Assembly (NCBI GenBank): GCA_030390025.1 | Contig: CM059431.1 | Location: 107,510,001-107,574,000, forward strand | From: Squalus acanthias | Taxonomy: Eukaryota | Length of the DNA: 64,000 bases | Direction: 5' to 3' | In this document: piece by piece, positions 49,771 through 62,455 of the stretch | Position numbering within the stretch: position 1 is the first letter of the stretch | Layout of the letters: each line of letters begins with the position of its first letter | The notes under the pieces: model-generated | The model's database searches: none | What the model was told of the DNA's origin: nothing | The model's input: the letters and a program-made list of their open reading frames with translations, nothing else | Position numbers and translations under genes: made by a program

Positions 49771-50559
49771 GGGGGCCAATATTTATCCCTCAATCAACAT
49801 CAGTAAAACAGATGATCTGGTCATTATCACATTGCTGTTTGTGGGAGCTTGCTGTGCGCAAATTGGCTGCTGTGTTTCCTACATTACAACAGTGACTACA
49901 CTTCAAAAGTAATTCATTGGCTGTAAACTGCTTTAGGATGTCCTGAGGTCATGAAAGGAATGCAAGTTCTTTCTTTCTTTATTTCACTCAATATTTAGCA
50001 CTCAAGGGTAGATTTTCTGATCCTGCCAGGAAGACTACTGGGACCGGATTGCATCATGCTGGTGGATCAGTTTATTATAATAGTTTCAATAGGCTCCCTG
50101 CATAGTTTGGGTTACACACAGTGGCCGGGGTGGGGTTGGGGGGTGGGGGGGGGGGGTGTGCGGGGCAGGGGCGAGGAAGGAGGGCATGCAGGAGATCTTC
50201 CAAAATTGCAGGTCTAGAAGGTGTTGCATCTCAAACTTAAGTGCTTGCATAGGGGGACAAATATTGCTGACATTTTCAAAAGTTTAAAGTGCAAGGTAAG
50301 ACTATACAGTAACATGTACCAGATGGATAGTCCAAAATTCCATAGAGTGTTGCCTATCAACCTTTTCCAAATTTACCACTCACCCATGCCAAGTCCTCAA
50401 ACAACATTACAGCTCTTTCATTGCATCACCTTTACCTCAGTAGGGCATACACAATATGAAAAACACAATTGTCACATTCACTGCTTTCAAGGGCTCACTC
50501 AGCAATCCAGTGTAACACAAACATGGATGATTTATTACCACCCAGGATAGGCTAAGATT

Positions 50560-51425
50560 GGCCACATGGCTGCTCAGGGTAGTTGGAAATCTGAAACTCT
50601 CTCTCCCAAAAGGCTGTGGATGCTGGGTCAGTTGCAATTTTCAGGACTGAGATCGACAGATTTTTATTAGATAAGTTTATCAAAGGATAAGGATCAAAGG
50701 CGGGTTTAAATGAGTTGAGATACAGATCAGCCATGATCTAATTGAATGGCAGTAAAAGCCTCCAGGGGCTGCCTGGCCTCCTCCTGTTCCTACTTCTAAC
50801 AGTGGGCCCTTGTGCTTTAGGAAATGCAGCATTGCAGTGATATTGGACAGTCGTGTCATACTATTTTGCAGGAAAAGAGTTGAATGTGCTGGTCACGCTG
50901 ACCTACATATCAGTCATAGAGTCATAACGGCACAGAAGGAGGCCATTCGTCCCATAGAGTCCGTGCCAGCTCTTTGTAGAGCAATCCAGTCAGTCCCACT
51001 CCCCCGCTCTATCCCCGTAGCCCTGCAAGTTTATTTCCTCCAAGTGCCTATCCAGTCTCCCCTTAAAAACACTGAGCGTCTCCGCTTCCACCACTTCCGT
51101 CGGCAGCGAGTTCCAGGTCCTCACCACTCGCTGCGTAAAAAGATTTTCCTCACGTCCCCCCTGTATCTCTTGCCCAAAACCTTAAATCTGTGTCCCCTAG
51201 TCCTTGTACCATCAACTAGTGGGAACAGCCTTTCCCCGTCTAGCCTATCCAAACCCGTCATAATCTTGTACACTTCGATCAAATCACCCCTCAACCTCCT
51301 TTGCTCTAATGAAAACAAATCCAGCTTCTGCAACCTGTTCTTGTAGCTATGATCCCTCATCCCCGGAACCATTCTGGTAAATCCCCTCTGCACCCTCTCA
51401 AGGGCCTTCACATCCTTCCTAAAGT
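50560..51425. mobile_element. Two CR1 3' fragments (+ at about 50560-50795, - at 50913-51425)
   Basis: FRKDVKALERVQR...LFSLEQRRLRGDLIEVYK and CR1 tails. Confidence 0.85.
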
Positions 51426-52139
51426 CCACCAGCCTGATACTTGTGTGGACAACATATTAACTGAAGCTGCATTGTTAGACAGCAATGAGCAAGATGCATG
51501 ATAGCTGAGGGCAGTGGGACCCTGCCAGCCACCAAGAGTGGCTTTCCTATGTTGCAACCAAGCTTCAGGCGTCCTTGCTGCCGATTGTTAATCTCTGCCA
51601 CTGGCTCCCTGCTGATGTGGAGCAAACCGAGGTGATTTTTCTTGGTCATTGGCAGGTAGGCGTGCCAAGGTTTCTAGATATGGTCTGATACCTGCTGATC
51701 TCCCTGGCATGCTTTTTTATCATTTGTGTACCATGTCAACCGTGCAATCCTGTATGTGTGTCCCTGAAAAATAAATTGTGCCAAAAATACATATTATTAG
51801 TAAACATTTCAGAAATATAGAAAAAAATTTCTAATAACAATTTAATAGAGTCGTAAAAATGTACCATGTTTTATTGCAACAATAAAAAATATAAAAACCT
51901 GTGGCACTTAGAGAGCTCCTTCTCACAATGATTTTCCCACAGAGCCATTCAAAATGGGCCCCAATAGAAAATAAAACACAAACCCAGCATAAAAACTGCA
52001 AAATTGAGCGAGGCATTCATCCTAATACTTTTGCATCAAATCTGAGGCCTTATTTATTCAGGCCTAAATCTAGAAGGGCTAGGTTTTCATCTTTGCATCC
52101 CAGCTTAGAGCTTCAACACTTTGGGGGGGGGGAGGAGGC

Positions 52140-52946
52140 AAGGAATTTTAGCCTAAAAAAAGGGTGGGTTTAGAGCGTGGGGGTAGTTAAATTGTTATAA
52201 ATGGGACTCCCGACCTGAACCTGCCTCTAACCCGCCCTCTTCCGGTTTTAACGGCGGCAAGACGGGGGCAGGAATGGGGTGGGCAGCCAACCCGCTTCCA
52301 GGAGGCGGGACGTCAATTTAAATATTACAAGCGTCTTTTTTAACTTCCATTTTGCTTTTAACTGCATGTGGACGAGTTTCACGCTATTTATAAAACCCGG
52401 CAGTTACAGCAAGGCGGGGATCCAGGAGGTAAGTGGGTTTATACCTACCTCCTGGATCCAGGGTCCCTGCCTAACCCAACCCCCCCCATGATCAGAGATC
52501 CCCTCACGAGGCATCCGATCACCCACCGCACCCCCCCCCCCCCCCCACCCAGGCCTCTCCACCACCCCCACACCTCAATCATCCGGCCCCAATCCTCTCT
52601 CCCCTCCACCCCCCCGATCGCGGCCCAATGCCCCCCCCCGCCCCCCCGCCCGCCCCCAATCCTTTTCACGGCCCGGACTGATCCCCGATCCCTGGCTGAC
52701 ACCCCCATCAGCCCCCCCCCCCCCCGATTCTTTTAACAGCATGGCCCGATCCCTCCCTCCCTCCTCTGTGCGGCCTAGTGCCGCAGGCCTACCTGCCCGC
52801 AGCCAGCCAGCCTTTCAATCTGGCTGGCTGCGGGAGGGAAACCGTTAAAGTCGGCAGGGCCTGCGGGAAACCCAGCCTCCTGGGTTTCCAGCCCACCTCG
52901 GAGACCTCCCGCCCCCAACCCGCCCTCCTCCTTAAAATCCAGCCCT
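52140..52946. mobile_element. Harbinger-type MITE, family C (copy 2)
   Basis: Reverse homologue of 33150-34445 without the minisatellite expansion. Ends aaaatccagccc. Confidence 0.8.
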
Positions 52947-52974
52947 GGGAGTGTCGATTGGGAATATGAGCACA

Positions 52975-53773
52975 TGTTTCCTGAACCTGAATGATTTCAC
53001 ACTTGAAAGGCTTCGGTCCAATTTGAAGGTTATGCCTCTTGATCTGGATTCCCTTTCCTGAGGAAATACTTTCTCTGTATCTACTCTATCAGATCCTTTT
53101 ATCATTTTGAACGCCTCAATTACATTACCCCTCAACCTTCTAAACTCAAGGAAATACAAACCGAGTTTATGCAACCCGTTCTCATAATTTAATCCATTAA
53201 ACCCTGGTATCATTCTGATGCTGTACCGCCTCCAAGCCCAATAAGTCCTTCCTGAGGTGTGGTGCCCAAAACTGAACACAGTACTCCAGATGGGGTCTAA
53301 CAACTGAAACGTAACTGCCTCCTCTTTGTATCGCAGCCCCCCTTGAGATGAAGGCCAATATTCCATTAGCCTATTTGATTAATTTTTGTACCTGAGCACT
53401 AGCTTTTAGCAGTTTGTGCACCTGGACATCCAAATCCCTTTGCTCCTCCACAGTTCCTAACACCTCACCATTCACACACAGCAGGGGCGCATAGATTTAA
53501 AGTAATTGGTAGAAGGGTTAGAGGAGAACTTTTTCACCCAGGAGGGTGGTGGGGATCTGGAACTCACTGCCTGAAAGGGTGGTAGCGGCAGAAACCCTCA
53601 TCACATTTAAAAAGTACTTGGATATGCACTTGAAGTGCCGTAACCTCCAGGGCTACGGACCAAGAGCTGGAAAGTGGGATTAGGCTGGGTGGCTCTTTTT
53701 CGGCCGGCACAGACACGATGGGCCGAATGGCCTCCTTCTGTGCTGTAAATTTCTATGATTGTTTGATTCTATG
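52975..53773. mobile_element. CR1 fragments (- at 52975-53470, + 3' end at 53475-53773)
   Basis: LGLYFLEFRRLRG motif and a (ttctatga) tail. A MITE-like stretch ending aaaattgcccc follows at about 53798-54089. Confidence 0.8.
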
Positions 53774-54737
53774 ATACAGCAAACACTCCACCCATTAGTA
53801 CCTGAAAATTGCACGGAGGTCCTACAATTGGCGTAGGATCCCAATTTAAATACTGAAGTAGACTCCCGCCTGTTTTAGGTGGGAGCATTAGCTGCCTATT
53901 TCTCACCTGATGGCAGCACTGTTTTCCAGCCAGGGGGGGGGCAGACTGGCCATATGGGAGATTGCCCGAGTTCCCCCCATGAACGGTTGTGTAGCGCTGT
54001 ACGAGAATCCCAAAGAATCTCACGTCATTTCGAGGGAGCCAGCCTTCCCCTGTTTCTAGTGTGAACGGGGCCGTTGAAAAATTGCCCCCATGCACTTCCT
54101 CTCAAAGGATATAGTAGATTGTAAAATCCCAGGTAAGGGTTGCAAAGCCTGCATTCACTGTTTTTGTGATTCTCCTTATGCTCATTGCGTAGCTGAAATC
54201 TTGGAACGCAAAATTGTACTTCAGGCCACTGGGATGATCTTGGAGAATTCTTTATTGCCTTTCCCTGGACCGACTGCTACTTTCACTCTTCTGTCTCTTT
54301 TCTGCGTAGCTGATATTTTTTCGAGCTACTACAGAATGTTTCATACATCAGGCTTGCTCTTCTGTCTCATCTGGCACTACATCTTCAGGCGTAGATGCAC
54401 ATCAATCATGCCTGTAGTGCTACTGTCCTCTTGTAAAACTTCTGTCCAATGCATCGGTCATCTTGACCAGTGGGAAGCATTCCAAGTGAACCTTATCTCT
54501 GCTTGTAACTTCAGTAAATCCAGATTTAGAGCTGTTAAGTGCCACTTTATTGAAACAGAAGTATTGATCATCATCCTGCTTGTTGGGGTGTGGTCATCTC
54601 TCTGAGTCATGCAGATCAGAAAGATTCCATGTTCCTGACCTGAGCTAAGTTACCCGATCTCAGTTGGGTCAACAGTCGGTGTGCTAGATGTTAGCTGAAG
54701 CACATCTAGGTTAGGGCAAGGAAAGCTGGCTAGTTTT

Positions 54738-55170
54738 CAACAACAACAACAACTTGTATTTATATAGCGCCTTTAATGTAGTAAAACATCCCAAGGCGCT
54801 GCACAGGAGTATTTTAAGACAAAAAATTTGAAACTCATCCACATAAGGATAAATTAGGGCAGGTGACCAAAAGCTTGGTCAAAGTGGTAGGTTTTAAGGA
54901 GCGTCTTAAAGGAGGAAAGAGAGGCGGAGAGGCTTAGGCAGGGAATTCCAGAGCTTAGGGCCCAGGCAACAGAAGGCACGGCCACCAATGGTTGAGCGAT
55001 TATAATCAGGGATGCTCAAGAGGTCAAAATTAGAAGAGCGCAGATATCTCGGGGTGGGGGGGGGGGTGGAGGGGGTTGTGGGGCTGGAGGAGTTGTGGGG
55101 CTGGAGGAGATCACAGAGATAGGGAGGGGCGAGGCCATGGAGGGATTTGAAAACAAGGGTGAGAATTTTG
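54738..55170 (-). mobile_element. L2 3' fragment
   Basis: Same family as 10462-11065. Confidence 0.85.
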
Positions 55171-55250
55171 ATGAGAATTATTTCCTCCTAACTGCTATAC
55201 AGGAAGTTCAGGCATGCAGATGCTGGGTGAAGATAGGTTTGGGCTTGAAT

Positions 55251-55565
55251 CACACACAGAATCCCCACAGTGCAGATAGAGGCCATTTCGGCCCATCGAG
55301 CCTGCACCAACACATATCCCACCCTATCCCCGTAACCCCATGTATTTAATCCCCCTACCACTAAGGGTCAATTTATCATAGCCAAATCAACCTAACCCGC
55401 ACATCTTTGGACTGTGGGAGGAAACCGGAGCACCCGGAGGAAACCCACGCAGACACGGGGAGAATGTGCAAACTCCACACAGACAATCACACCGAGGCCG
55501 GATTCGAACCCTGGGTTCCTGGCGCTGTGAGGCAACAGTGCTAACCACTATGCCACCGTGTTGCC
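55251..55565 (-). mobile_element. HE1-type V-SINE with a single tail
   Basis: Same head and V-domain as the copies at 38975 and 61090. Confidence 0.88.
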
Positions 55566-56185
55566 ATAAACATGAATGTGACACTCTCCATGGTCCATAG
55601 TGCTTGCTGGCACTCACTGCCATGGCTAACGCACAAATTATTGCTATTTGGGCAAGGTACTACAGGATGATTGATGCCGGTGAACTATACTTCAGTAAGG
55701 GAGTTAACACCTTTGGGAGAGGAGGGAAAGGTTGATAATTGGAGGAGAAAATTAGAGATTTTAAAAAAAGAACACAGAAAAGGATCATCAAGCGCTGTCT
55801 TCCTGTCCCTTCCTGCACGCACTCCTTCCGTTCCCTTGTTAAAGTTGTCTCTCCTAACTATTGTAAATCCTCCTTTCAAACCATCATCTGTCCAGATGGG
55901 CGAAATACTGCTGATGCTCGAAATCTGAAAGTAAACCAGAAAAATGCTGGAGATACTTGGCGGGTCAGGCAGCAGCTGTGGACAGAACAAACACATTTCA
56001 GTTTGCAAACTCTTCATCAGAACTGGAAGACATTACAGATACAAAAAGCATTTTAAAACCGAACAGGACAAGGGGTGGGGGAAGGGGGAAAAACACATAC
56101 AGGAAAAGAAGTGTAATGAGCTGTAAAGTGCTCAGATTGAAAACAGGAGATGGTTAAATGGCAGAAGCGATGTTAGCATGAGGTA

Positions 56186-56551
56186 TCGGGTTGCCGACCC
56201 TTCAGGATTGCCCTGGAGTCCCCAGAAATTAAAGATTAACCTCCTTGACCCTGCTACAAGCAAACAGGGAGATAGAAAACATATTTATTTTCATTTATGT
56301 TTGATCACTTTCAATTATTATTTCTAAAAATATTGGAGATGGGGGGTTAAAGGCTGTTTAACTGAAAGTCGACAATCATCCAATGGGTAATGAAGATTAC
56401 TTTTGCTCTCCAATGGGCGCGGGAAGAGCGTGCGCCATTATGGTGGACATGTCAGGTGACCAATAGCGGAGTGTGGGGGCGGGATGGTTAGAGGCAGGAG
56501 GTCATGAAGCGGAATCTACAAGAGTTCATCCAACGAGAGTTGGCAACCCTA
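56186..56551. mobile_element. hAT (Blackjack-like) MITE
   Basis: TIRs tcgggttgcc / ggcaacccta with an 8-bp TSD atgaggta / atgaggca. Confidence 0.85.
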
Positions 56552-56622
56552 ATGAGGCAATAGGGGGAACAATGAGAGAAATCAAAGAATAAAGAGACAC
56601 AAGGTCAGGGACCTGAAACGTT

Positions 56623-57263
56623 GGGGGTGATTTTGCCAATGGAGGCGGGACTGCTGCTTGTCGGGTTTCAGTCCCACCTCCATTGACTTGTGGCCAACCC
56701 ACGCTATTTTCCCTTGATTGACCTTGTTAAGTCCGCCCAGGAGGCTTAGCAGGCCAATTAAGGGAAAGCCGGTTACAGAGAACATCAGCGTATGACGTTT
56801 CATCTGTCAAAAATTTTTGAGAGATGAATTGTCATCATTTGACAGCTCTGTGAAGCTGTCAAACACTGACATCCTCTGTTGTTTGATGATTTCTTGTATT
56901 CAAGGCTCATCAAACCTCTTTTGTGAGCAGAAATTAGATGGCTGTTGCATCGGAAAATGCAGCAGCCATCTGTCATCTCTGCCGGTGAGATGCGAGAGTC
57001 TCCGCATCCCCTACTGTTGAAGCCTGCAGGAAGAAACAAAGGTAAGTAAACATTTTCTATCACTTTCCACTCACCTCACATACTCACCTCTCCACACTTG
57101 CGTCCATCACTTACCTCCACAGCGCACTTTTGTACCCCTCTCACCCCCGCAGACCCTCTGCTCGCCTCGGTGACCCTGGTGGGGTACCCGCCCCCAAATT
57201 CTGCCATTTTCCCAGCAGTCCCGCCTCCAAACCCGCCTCCCCAGGGCTGGCAAGATCGCGCCC
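56623..57263. mobile_element. Harbinger-type MITE, family B (copy 2, internally deleted)
   Basis: Termini gggggtgattttgcc / ggcaagatcgcgccc, flanks gtt / att. Homologous to 41597-42407 in reverse. Confidence 0.85.
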
Positions 57264-57363
57264 ATTAACTCTGTTTCTCACTCCATAGATGCTGCCTGGC
57301 CTGCTGCGTGTTTCCAGCATTTTCTGTTTTTACTTTAAACAAGAGACGTATATGAGATATAGA

Positions 57364-58211
57364 GGGCTGGATTTTGAATCTGGGGTCGGGTTGGGGTCGG
57401 GAATCACACATTCTGGCTTGTGAACCCGCCTCCATCGAGATGTGGCCAACCCACTGTATTTTCCCTTGATTGACCTTGTTGAGCCCGCCCAGTGGGCTCA
57501 GCAGGCCAATTAAGGGCCACCCGGCAACAGGTGACGTCACAGACTGACATTTCATCTGTCAAGAGCTTTTGACAGATGAAATATCAGCGTTTGACAGCTC
57601 TGTGAAGCTGTCAAACACTCACAATATGATTTCTAACTTCAGTCCTTCCTCTCAGGCTGAGTTAGAAATCATTCCAGCACAGAAAACAGAAGGCTGCAGG
57701 TTTTGACAGAACCACGGCTTTCCTGCTTTCTGTGCCGGTGAGATTTCTAACTCCCGAGAACTGAAGGGCTGACACCTGCAGGAGGAAGTTAAGGTAAGTA
57801 AAACTTTTCCCAACACTTAGCACTTACCTTACACACTTACCTTTGCACACATGCACCCATCACTCACCTGCCCACCGGACATATCGACCCCTCCAACCCC
57901 TGCAGACCCACGGCCCGCCCCGATAACTTGGTGTGGTTGCCACCTGTCGGGAAGCCCACACTTTTCTTTTTAAAATAGGGATTATGCAAAACATTGCCTG
58001 TTAACTACCTGTTAACAGGCAGTTAATTGTCACTAATCCCTTCCCGCCTCGGGGAGTCGGGTCTCAGAACAGGTCGGGTACCCGCCGCCAGAGAAACTGG
58101 CATAGAGGCGGGTTGGAGTCGGGATGGGGTCGGGACCCCCGAATCTGCAACTTTAACCCCCCCCCCCACCGCCTGCAAACCCGACTCCACGGGTCATTGA
58201 AAATCCAGCCC
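57364..58211. mobile_element. Harbinger-type MITE, family B (copy 3)
   Basis: Termini gggctggatttt / aaaatccagccc, TSD AGA. Confidence 0.9.
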
Positions 58212-58544
58212 AGAGAGTGTGTCAATAGAGAAAAGGATGGGGATTAAGAAGCTGAAAGAAAAGCATGAAAAACTGGCAAAGCTGCGCTGGTTCCATTGGC
58301 CACGCTCCCAGCCTTTCAGCTGTTTACGCAGCCATTATATGTCTCCTATATTTCTTTGATTTCTCCCATTATGTGACGCCTCCTATTATCTCAGGCTATA
58401 CCACTTCTGCCAGTTAACCATCTCCTGTTTTCCACTCGGCAGCTCCATTTATTTTAATGGCTCACCTAACTTCAGAGCAGAGTGCAAATATCCAGAGTAA
58501 AAATATCCAGAGCTACCCCACCTTGGGACACAGACTGCTGCAGA

Positions 58545-58733
58545 CATAAGAACATAAGAACTAGGAGCAGGAGTCGGCCATACGGTCCCTCGAGCCTGCT
58601 CCGCCATTTAATGAGATCATGGCTGATCTTCGACCTCAACTCCACTTTCCTGCCCGATTCCCCATATCCCTTAATTCCTCTGGAGTCCAAAAATCTATCG
58701 ATCTCAGCCTTGAATATACTCAATGACTGAGCA
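58545..58733 (-). mobile_element. CR1 3' tail
   Basis: (taagaaca)n and CR1 3'UTR. Confidence 0.85.
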
Positions 58734-59680
58734 TGCACCCAGGACCCAGTTGGCAGGATCTTTTCCTGGGATTTGCCCGCTCCCCTATCTAAAGTTCCAA
58801 CCATAATAAAACTTTGGAGGCAATCTGGGACAAAGGAAGGTTCTTCCTTGTCAGTGTATTTACACAGACATTGGAGGGATTACTTTGCACAAGAACTATG
58901 CCCCCTTAAACTTTCCTTCTCCTTCAATAAGTACCATCCTTGACTCGGCTTATTTCCAGGATTCTCAGAAACCTTCTGAACTACGGGGGAAAAAAAAGTA
59001 TCCTCATTTCCGTAGCTCCTTGGAGGGGGGAAAAAAATACTATTTTTTTTTTTGCTTCACAAATAAATCTAAATTCTTCAAATAAATTGTAGCACTTTCA
59101 ATTTGAAGGAAGCGGCACTATGAAAAGAAAAGTGGCAACACTTAATTTATTTCACTGGTGATCAATTCCGGGTACTTTTCATCCATGACCTCCTGATCTG
59201 TGAGTCACCGGGTGTAGCCACTGCTGCACAGTGTGCATCTTCGATTTGCCGACTTTTATTAGACTAAGTAATACTAAGCATCTAATTGAGGATGAGTTTT
59301 GTTTACCTGCCCTTAGGCTACATTCACTGAACTTATCAATAATTCAAAAGTATTCACAAATATCTTTTACGGAACAGGCTGAAATAGAAAGCTACCCATA
59401 ATTCCTATCACTGGTAGTCTAATCTCATTAGACAATGATAGCACCGTTAACTAGTTCTTAACCAAAGAGCCCAGTATTAAAATTGCTGTCGATGTACAAC
59501 TGTTTACGGGCTGCTTTAGGAGGAAAACGTTAAAAAGGAATCTCCCAATGTTTTGTAAGAATTATAAAAAATATTAATAATAATTTGTCTGATTAAAATT
59601 GAAGCTCCGATGTATGGAAAATTCAATACGAAAGCTTAGTCTGCACGGATGAGAGAACATGATTGAAATGGTAGTGTTAG

Positions 59681-59695
59681 AGTGCCCCCTACAGG
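59681..59695 (-). promoter_or_regulatory. CTCF-like motif in non-repetitive sequence
   Basis: CCTGTAGGGGGCACT against consensus CCASYAGRKGGCRS (one mismatch). Motif match only. Confidence 0.35.
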
Positions 59696-59740
59696 ATAAC
59701 ATTTTATTTTTGGTTGCCGGAACAACTCAGAATTTCTGAC

Positions 59741-60706
59741 ATAAAAACAGAAAATGCTGGAAATGCTCAGCAGGTCAGGCAGCATCTGTGGTGAGAGAAA
59801 CAGAGTTAACGGGGGGAGAAATTGGGAACGTTAGCGCCTCCCGGGGGGGGTGGGCACTAACGGGGCGCTAAGCGCTTACCGACCGGGCACAGCGAGATGA
59901 TCGATTCCCGCTATATTTGGCGGGAGGTTTGCGGCAGCAGTATGGCGTTGCGCCCAGATCTCCTTCGCCCGCAGATCGTGACGTCATCGCCGTGCGCATC
60001 GCCCCAGCAGCGCCCCAGTCCCAAACTTCGGTTCCGCCTCCTGCTGCATGACACCGACAGCTGCAGGAAGCGTTCATCGGGAGGCCGGGCGTTTCAGGGG
60101 CGATACTTAAAGTCGAGGTAGCCGAGGTAAGTGAAAAAAGTTCTGAAATGCTCTTGCTTTTTTTTTTCGTTCTCTTCTCCAGCGCTTGATCAGCCCAGCA
60201 CTCTGCTGCAGTGCATCGGGCTGATCGGGCCGGATCGCGGCTGCCGTCGGGGACCAGGTAAGTTTTGCCCTTGCAGAGCCTGCAGCGATGGCCCTTCCCT
60301 TTGAGGGAGGGAAGGAGCCTTCCAACGCGGCAGCGCTGCATGGCCCAGTGTGCTGTGCACCTACCGCCCCGCCTGCTGCCTGTGGAGCTCCAGGAAGGAA
60401 GTGGAACACTTGATTTAGCGCCCCACCTCCTTCCCAGAGCGCAAACCCCCCAATTTTTTTTAAAGTTGAAAATCATTAGCGCCTGGCACTAATTTTTCAA
60501 CTTTTAAAAGTTAGCGCCCCAAACGGGGCTATGATGAATTTCTCCCCCCACGTTTCAGGTCGGTGACCTTTATGTCAGATTGGGTCATTGACCTGAAACG
60601 TTAACTCTGTTTCTCTCTCCACAGATGTTGCCTGACCTGCTGAGTATTTCCAGCATTTTCTGTTTTTATTTCAGATTTCCAGCATCCGCAGTATTTTGCT
60701 TTTGCA
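59741..60706 (+). mobile_element. Penelope-like terminus (family P2) with inverted duplication and a MITE inserted
   Basis: 14-bp TSD tcagaatttctgac (59727-59740 / 60707-60720). 59741-59810 plus 60550-60561 is the reverse complement of about 60588-60670. Confidence 0.78.
59811..60549. mobile_element. Harbinger MITE, family D, related to the element at 1-3693
   Basis: TIRs gggggagaaatt / aatttctccccc. The first ~200 bp align by eye to the reverse complement of about 3480-3693. Confidence 0.88.
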
Positions 60707-60844
60707 TCAGAATTTCTGACGCTTGTGCACACACTATAGTGGTCACACTCCACTCTTTCAACAACAGACATACACAAACACACAGGTTGTGCATACATTT
60801 CTGAAAAAAATGTTTTGTAATGCAGCACCTTTCATTCGATACAG

Positions 60845-61089
60845 AAAAAGAACAACTTGCATTTCTATAGCCTCTTTCACGACCTCAGGATGTCCCAAAG
60901 CGCTTTACAGACAATGAGGTACTTTTTGAAGTGTCGTCACTTTTGTAATGTAGGAGACGTAGCAGCCAATTTACATTCAGCAAGCTCCCACAAACAGCAA
61001 TGAGATAATGTTCAGATAATCTGTTCTTTAGTGATGTTGGTTGGAGGAGAAATATTAGGCCAGGACACCGGAGAGAACTCCCCTGCTCT
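60845..61089 (-). mobile_element. DeuSINE 3' part
   Basis: Reverse complement of the SINE tail, cut off by the HE1 insertion. Confidence 0.8.
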
Positions 61090-61562
61090 TAGAAACATAG
61101 AAACTAGGAGCAGGAGTAGGCCATTCGGCCCGTCGAGCCTGCTCCACCATTCAATACGATCATGGCTGATCATCCAAATCCAGTACCCTGTCCCTGCTTT
61201 CTCACACAGAATCCCCACAGTACAGGTAGAGGCCATCTCGGCCCATCGAGCCTGCACCGACACATATCTCACCCTATCCCTGTAACCCCACGTATTTAAT
61301 TCCCCCTAACATATCCCATCCTATCCCCGTAACCCCACATATTTAATCCCCCCCTAACACTAAGGGTCAATTTATCATAGCCAAATCAACCTAACCCGCA
61401 CATTTTTGGACTGTGGGAGGAAACCGGAGCACCCGGAGGAAACCCACGCAGACACGGGGAGAATGTGCAAACTCCACACAGACAGTCACCCGAGGCCAGA
61501 TTCGAACCCGGGTCCCTGGCGCTGTGAGGCACCAGTGCTAACCACTATGCCACCGTGTTGCC
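61090..61562 (-). mobile_element. HE1-type V-SINE with a compound tail
   Basis: tRNA head, V-domain, a ~48-bp internal tandem duplication (61261-61357), and two successive CR1-type tails. Confidence 0.88.
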
Positions 61563-61987
61563 TTTCCTCAAGGGTGTGTATTAAAACTAAGCCCAATGTT
61601 GCTCCTTACATCATTGGTAGTGTATGGCTTTTATAGTCCAGGTATGATCGATTATCAGATGCTTTTATGGAAGTAGACCTATTGCTCACACTTGAATAAT
61701 GTCCACTTGACGTACTAGAGGGTGCCTAGCATCCAAGGGACCTAACAAGGAAGTCAGCAGAGCAAGGAAGAGGGGAGACAATCGGCTCCATATGTATTCA
61801 TGTTTAGACCACATTTCCAGGTAGGCACTTAAATTGATAAAAGTTAGATCTAAGTTTAAGCCAGTAGACTGCTGATAGGTTCAAGGAAGCTCATGACTTC
61901 CTAGGATAGATTTTACAATTGTTAAACTAGGTGTAATCAATTGCAAAAAATGAGCAGAGACCCACTACACTGGATTTAGATCGATTT

Positions 61988-62455
61988 AGCCAGTGGCTCA
62001 GTCGGTAGCACCCTCGCCTCTGAGTCAGAAGGTCATGGGTTCGAAGTACCCACTCCAGAGACTTGAGCACATGAAGTCCAGGCTGTCACTCCAGTGCAGT
62101 GCTGAGGGAGTGCTGCACTGTCGGAGGAGCTGTCTTTCGGATGAGACGTTAAACCGAGGCCCCGTCTGCCTTCTCAGGTGGACGTAAAAGATCCCATGGC
62201 CACTATTTCAAAGACGAGCAGGGGAGTTATCCCCAGTGTCCTGGCTGATATTTATCCTTCAATCAACAAAACAAAAACAGATTATCTGGTCATTATCACA
62301 TTGCTGTTTGTGGGAGCTTGCTGTGCGCAAATTGGCTGCTGCATTTCCTACATTACAACAGTGACTACACTTGAAAAAGTACTTCATTGGCTGTAAAGCA
62401 CTTTGGGATGTCCGGTGGCCATGAAAGGCACTCTATAAATGCAAGTCTTTCTTTT
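61988..62455 (+). mobile_element. DeuSINE, full length
   Basis: A-box tggctcagtcgg, B-box ggttcgaagtaccc, Deu core and L2 tail. Confidence 0.9.

Larger units (their letters stand above)
55901..57335. mobile_element. Penelope-like element remnant (family P2) with inverted termini, carrying two nested DNA transposons
   Basis: Terminus on - at 55901-56026 and on + at 56601-56622 plus 57264-57335 (gacctgaaacgtt|aactctgtttctc...ccagcattttctgttttt). Same family as 59741-60706. Confidence 0.65.

Noticed and set aside
54090..54605. 171-aa + strand ORF
   Set aside because: No recognisable domain. It starts at a MITE edge, and the antisense frames have many stops, so it is likely chance or an old decayed element.
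59868..60492. ORFs of up to 202 aa here, and the ORFs at 32767-34214 and 7882-8176
   Set aside because: GC-rich MITE and minisatellite sequence is depleted of stop codons, and the translations have no protein-like motifs.
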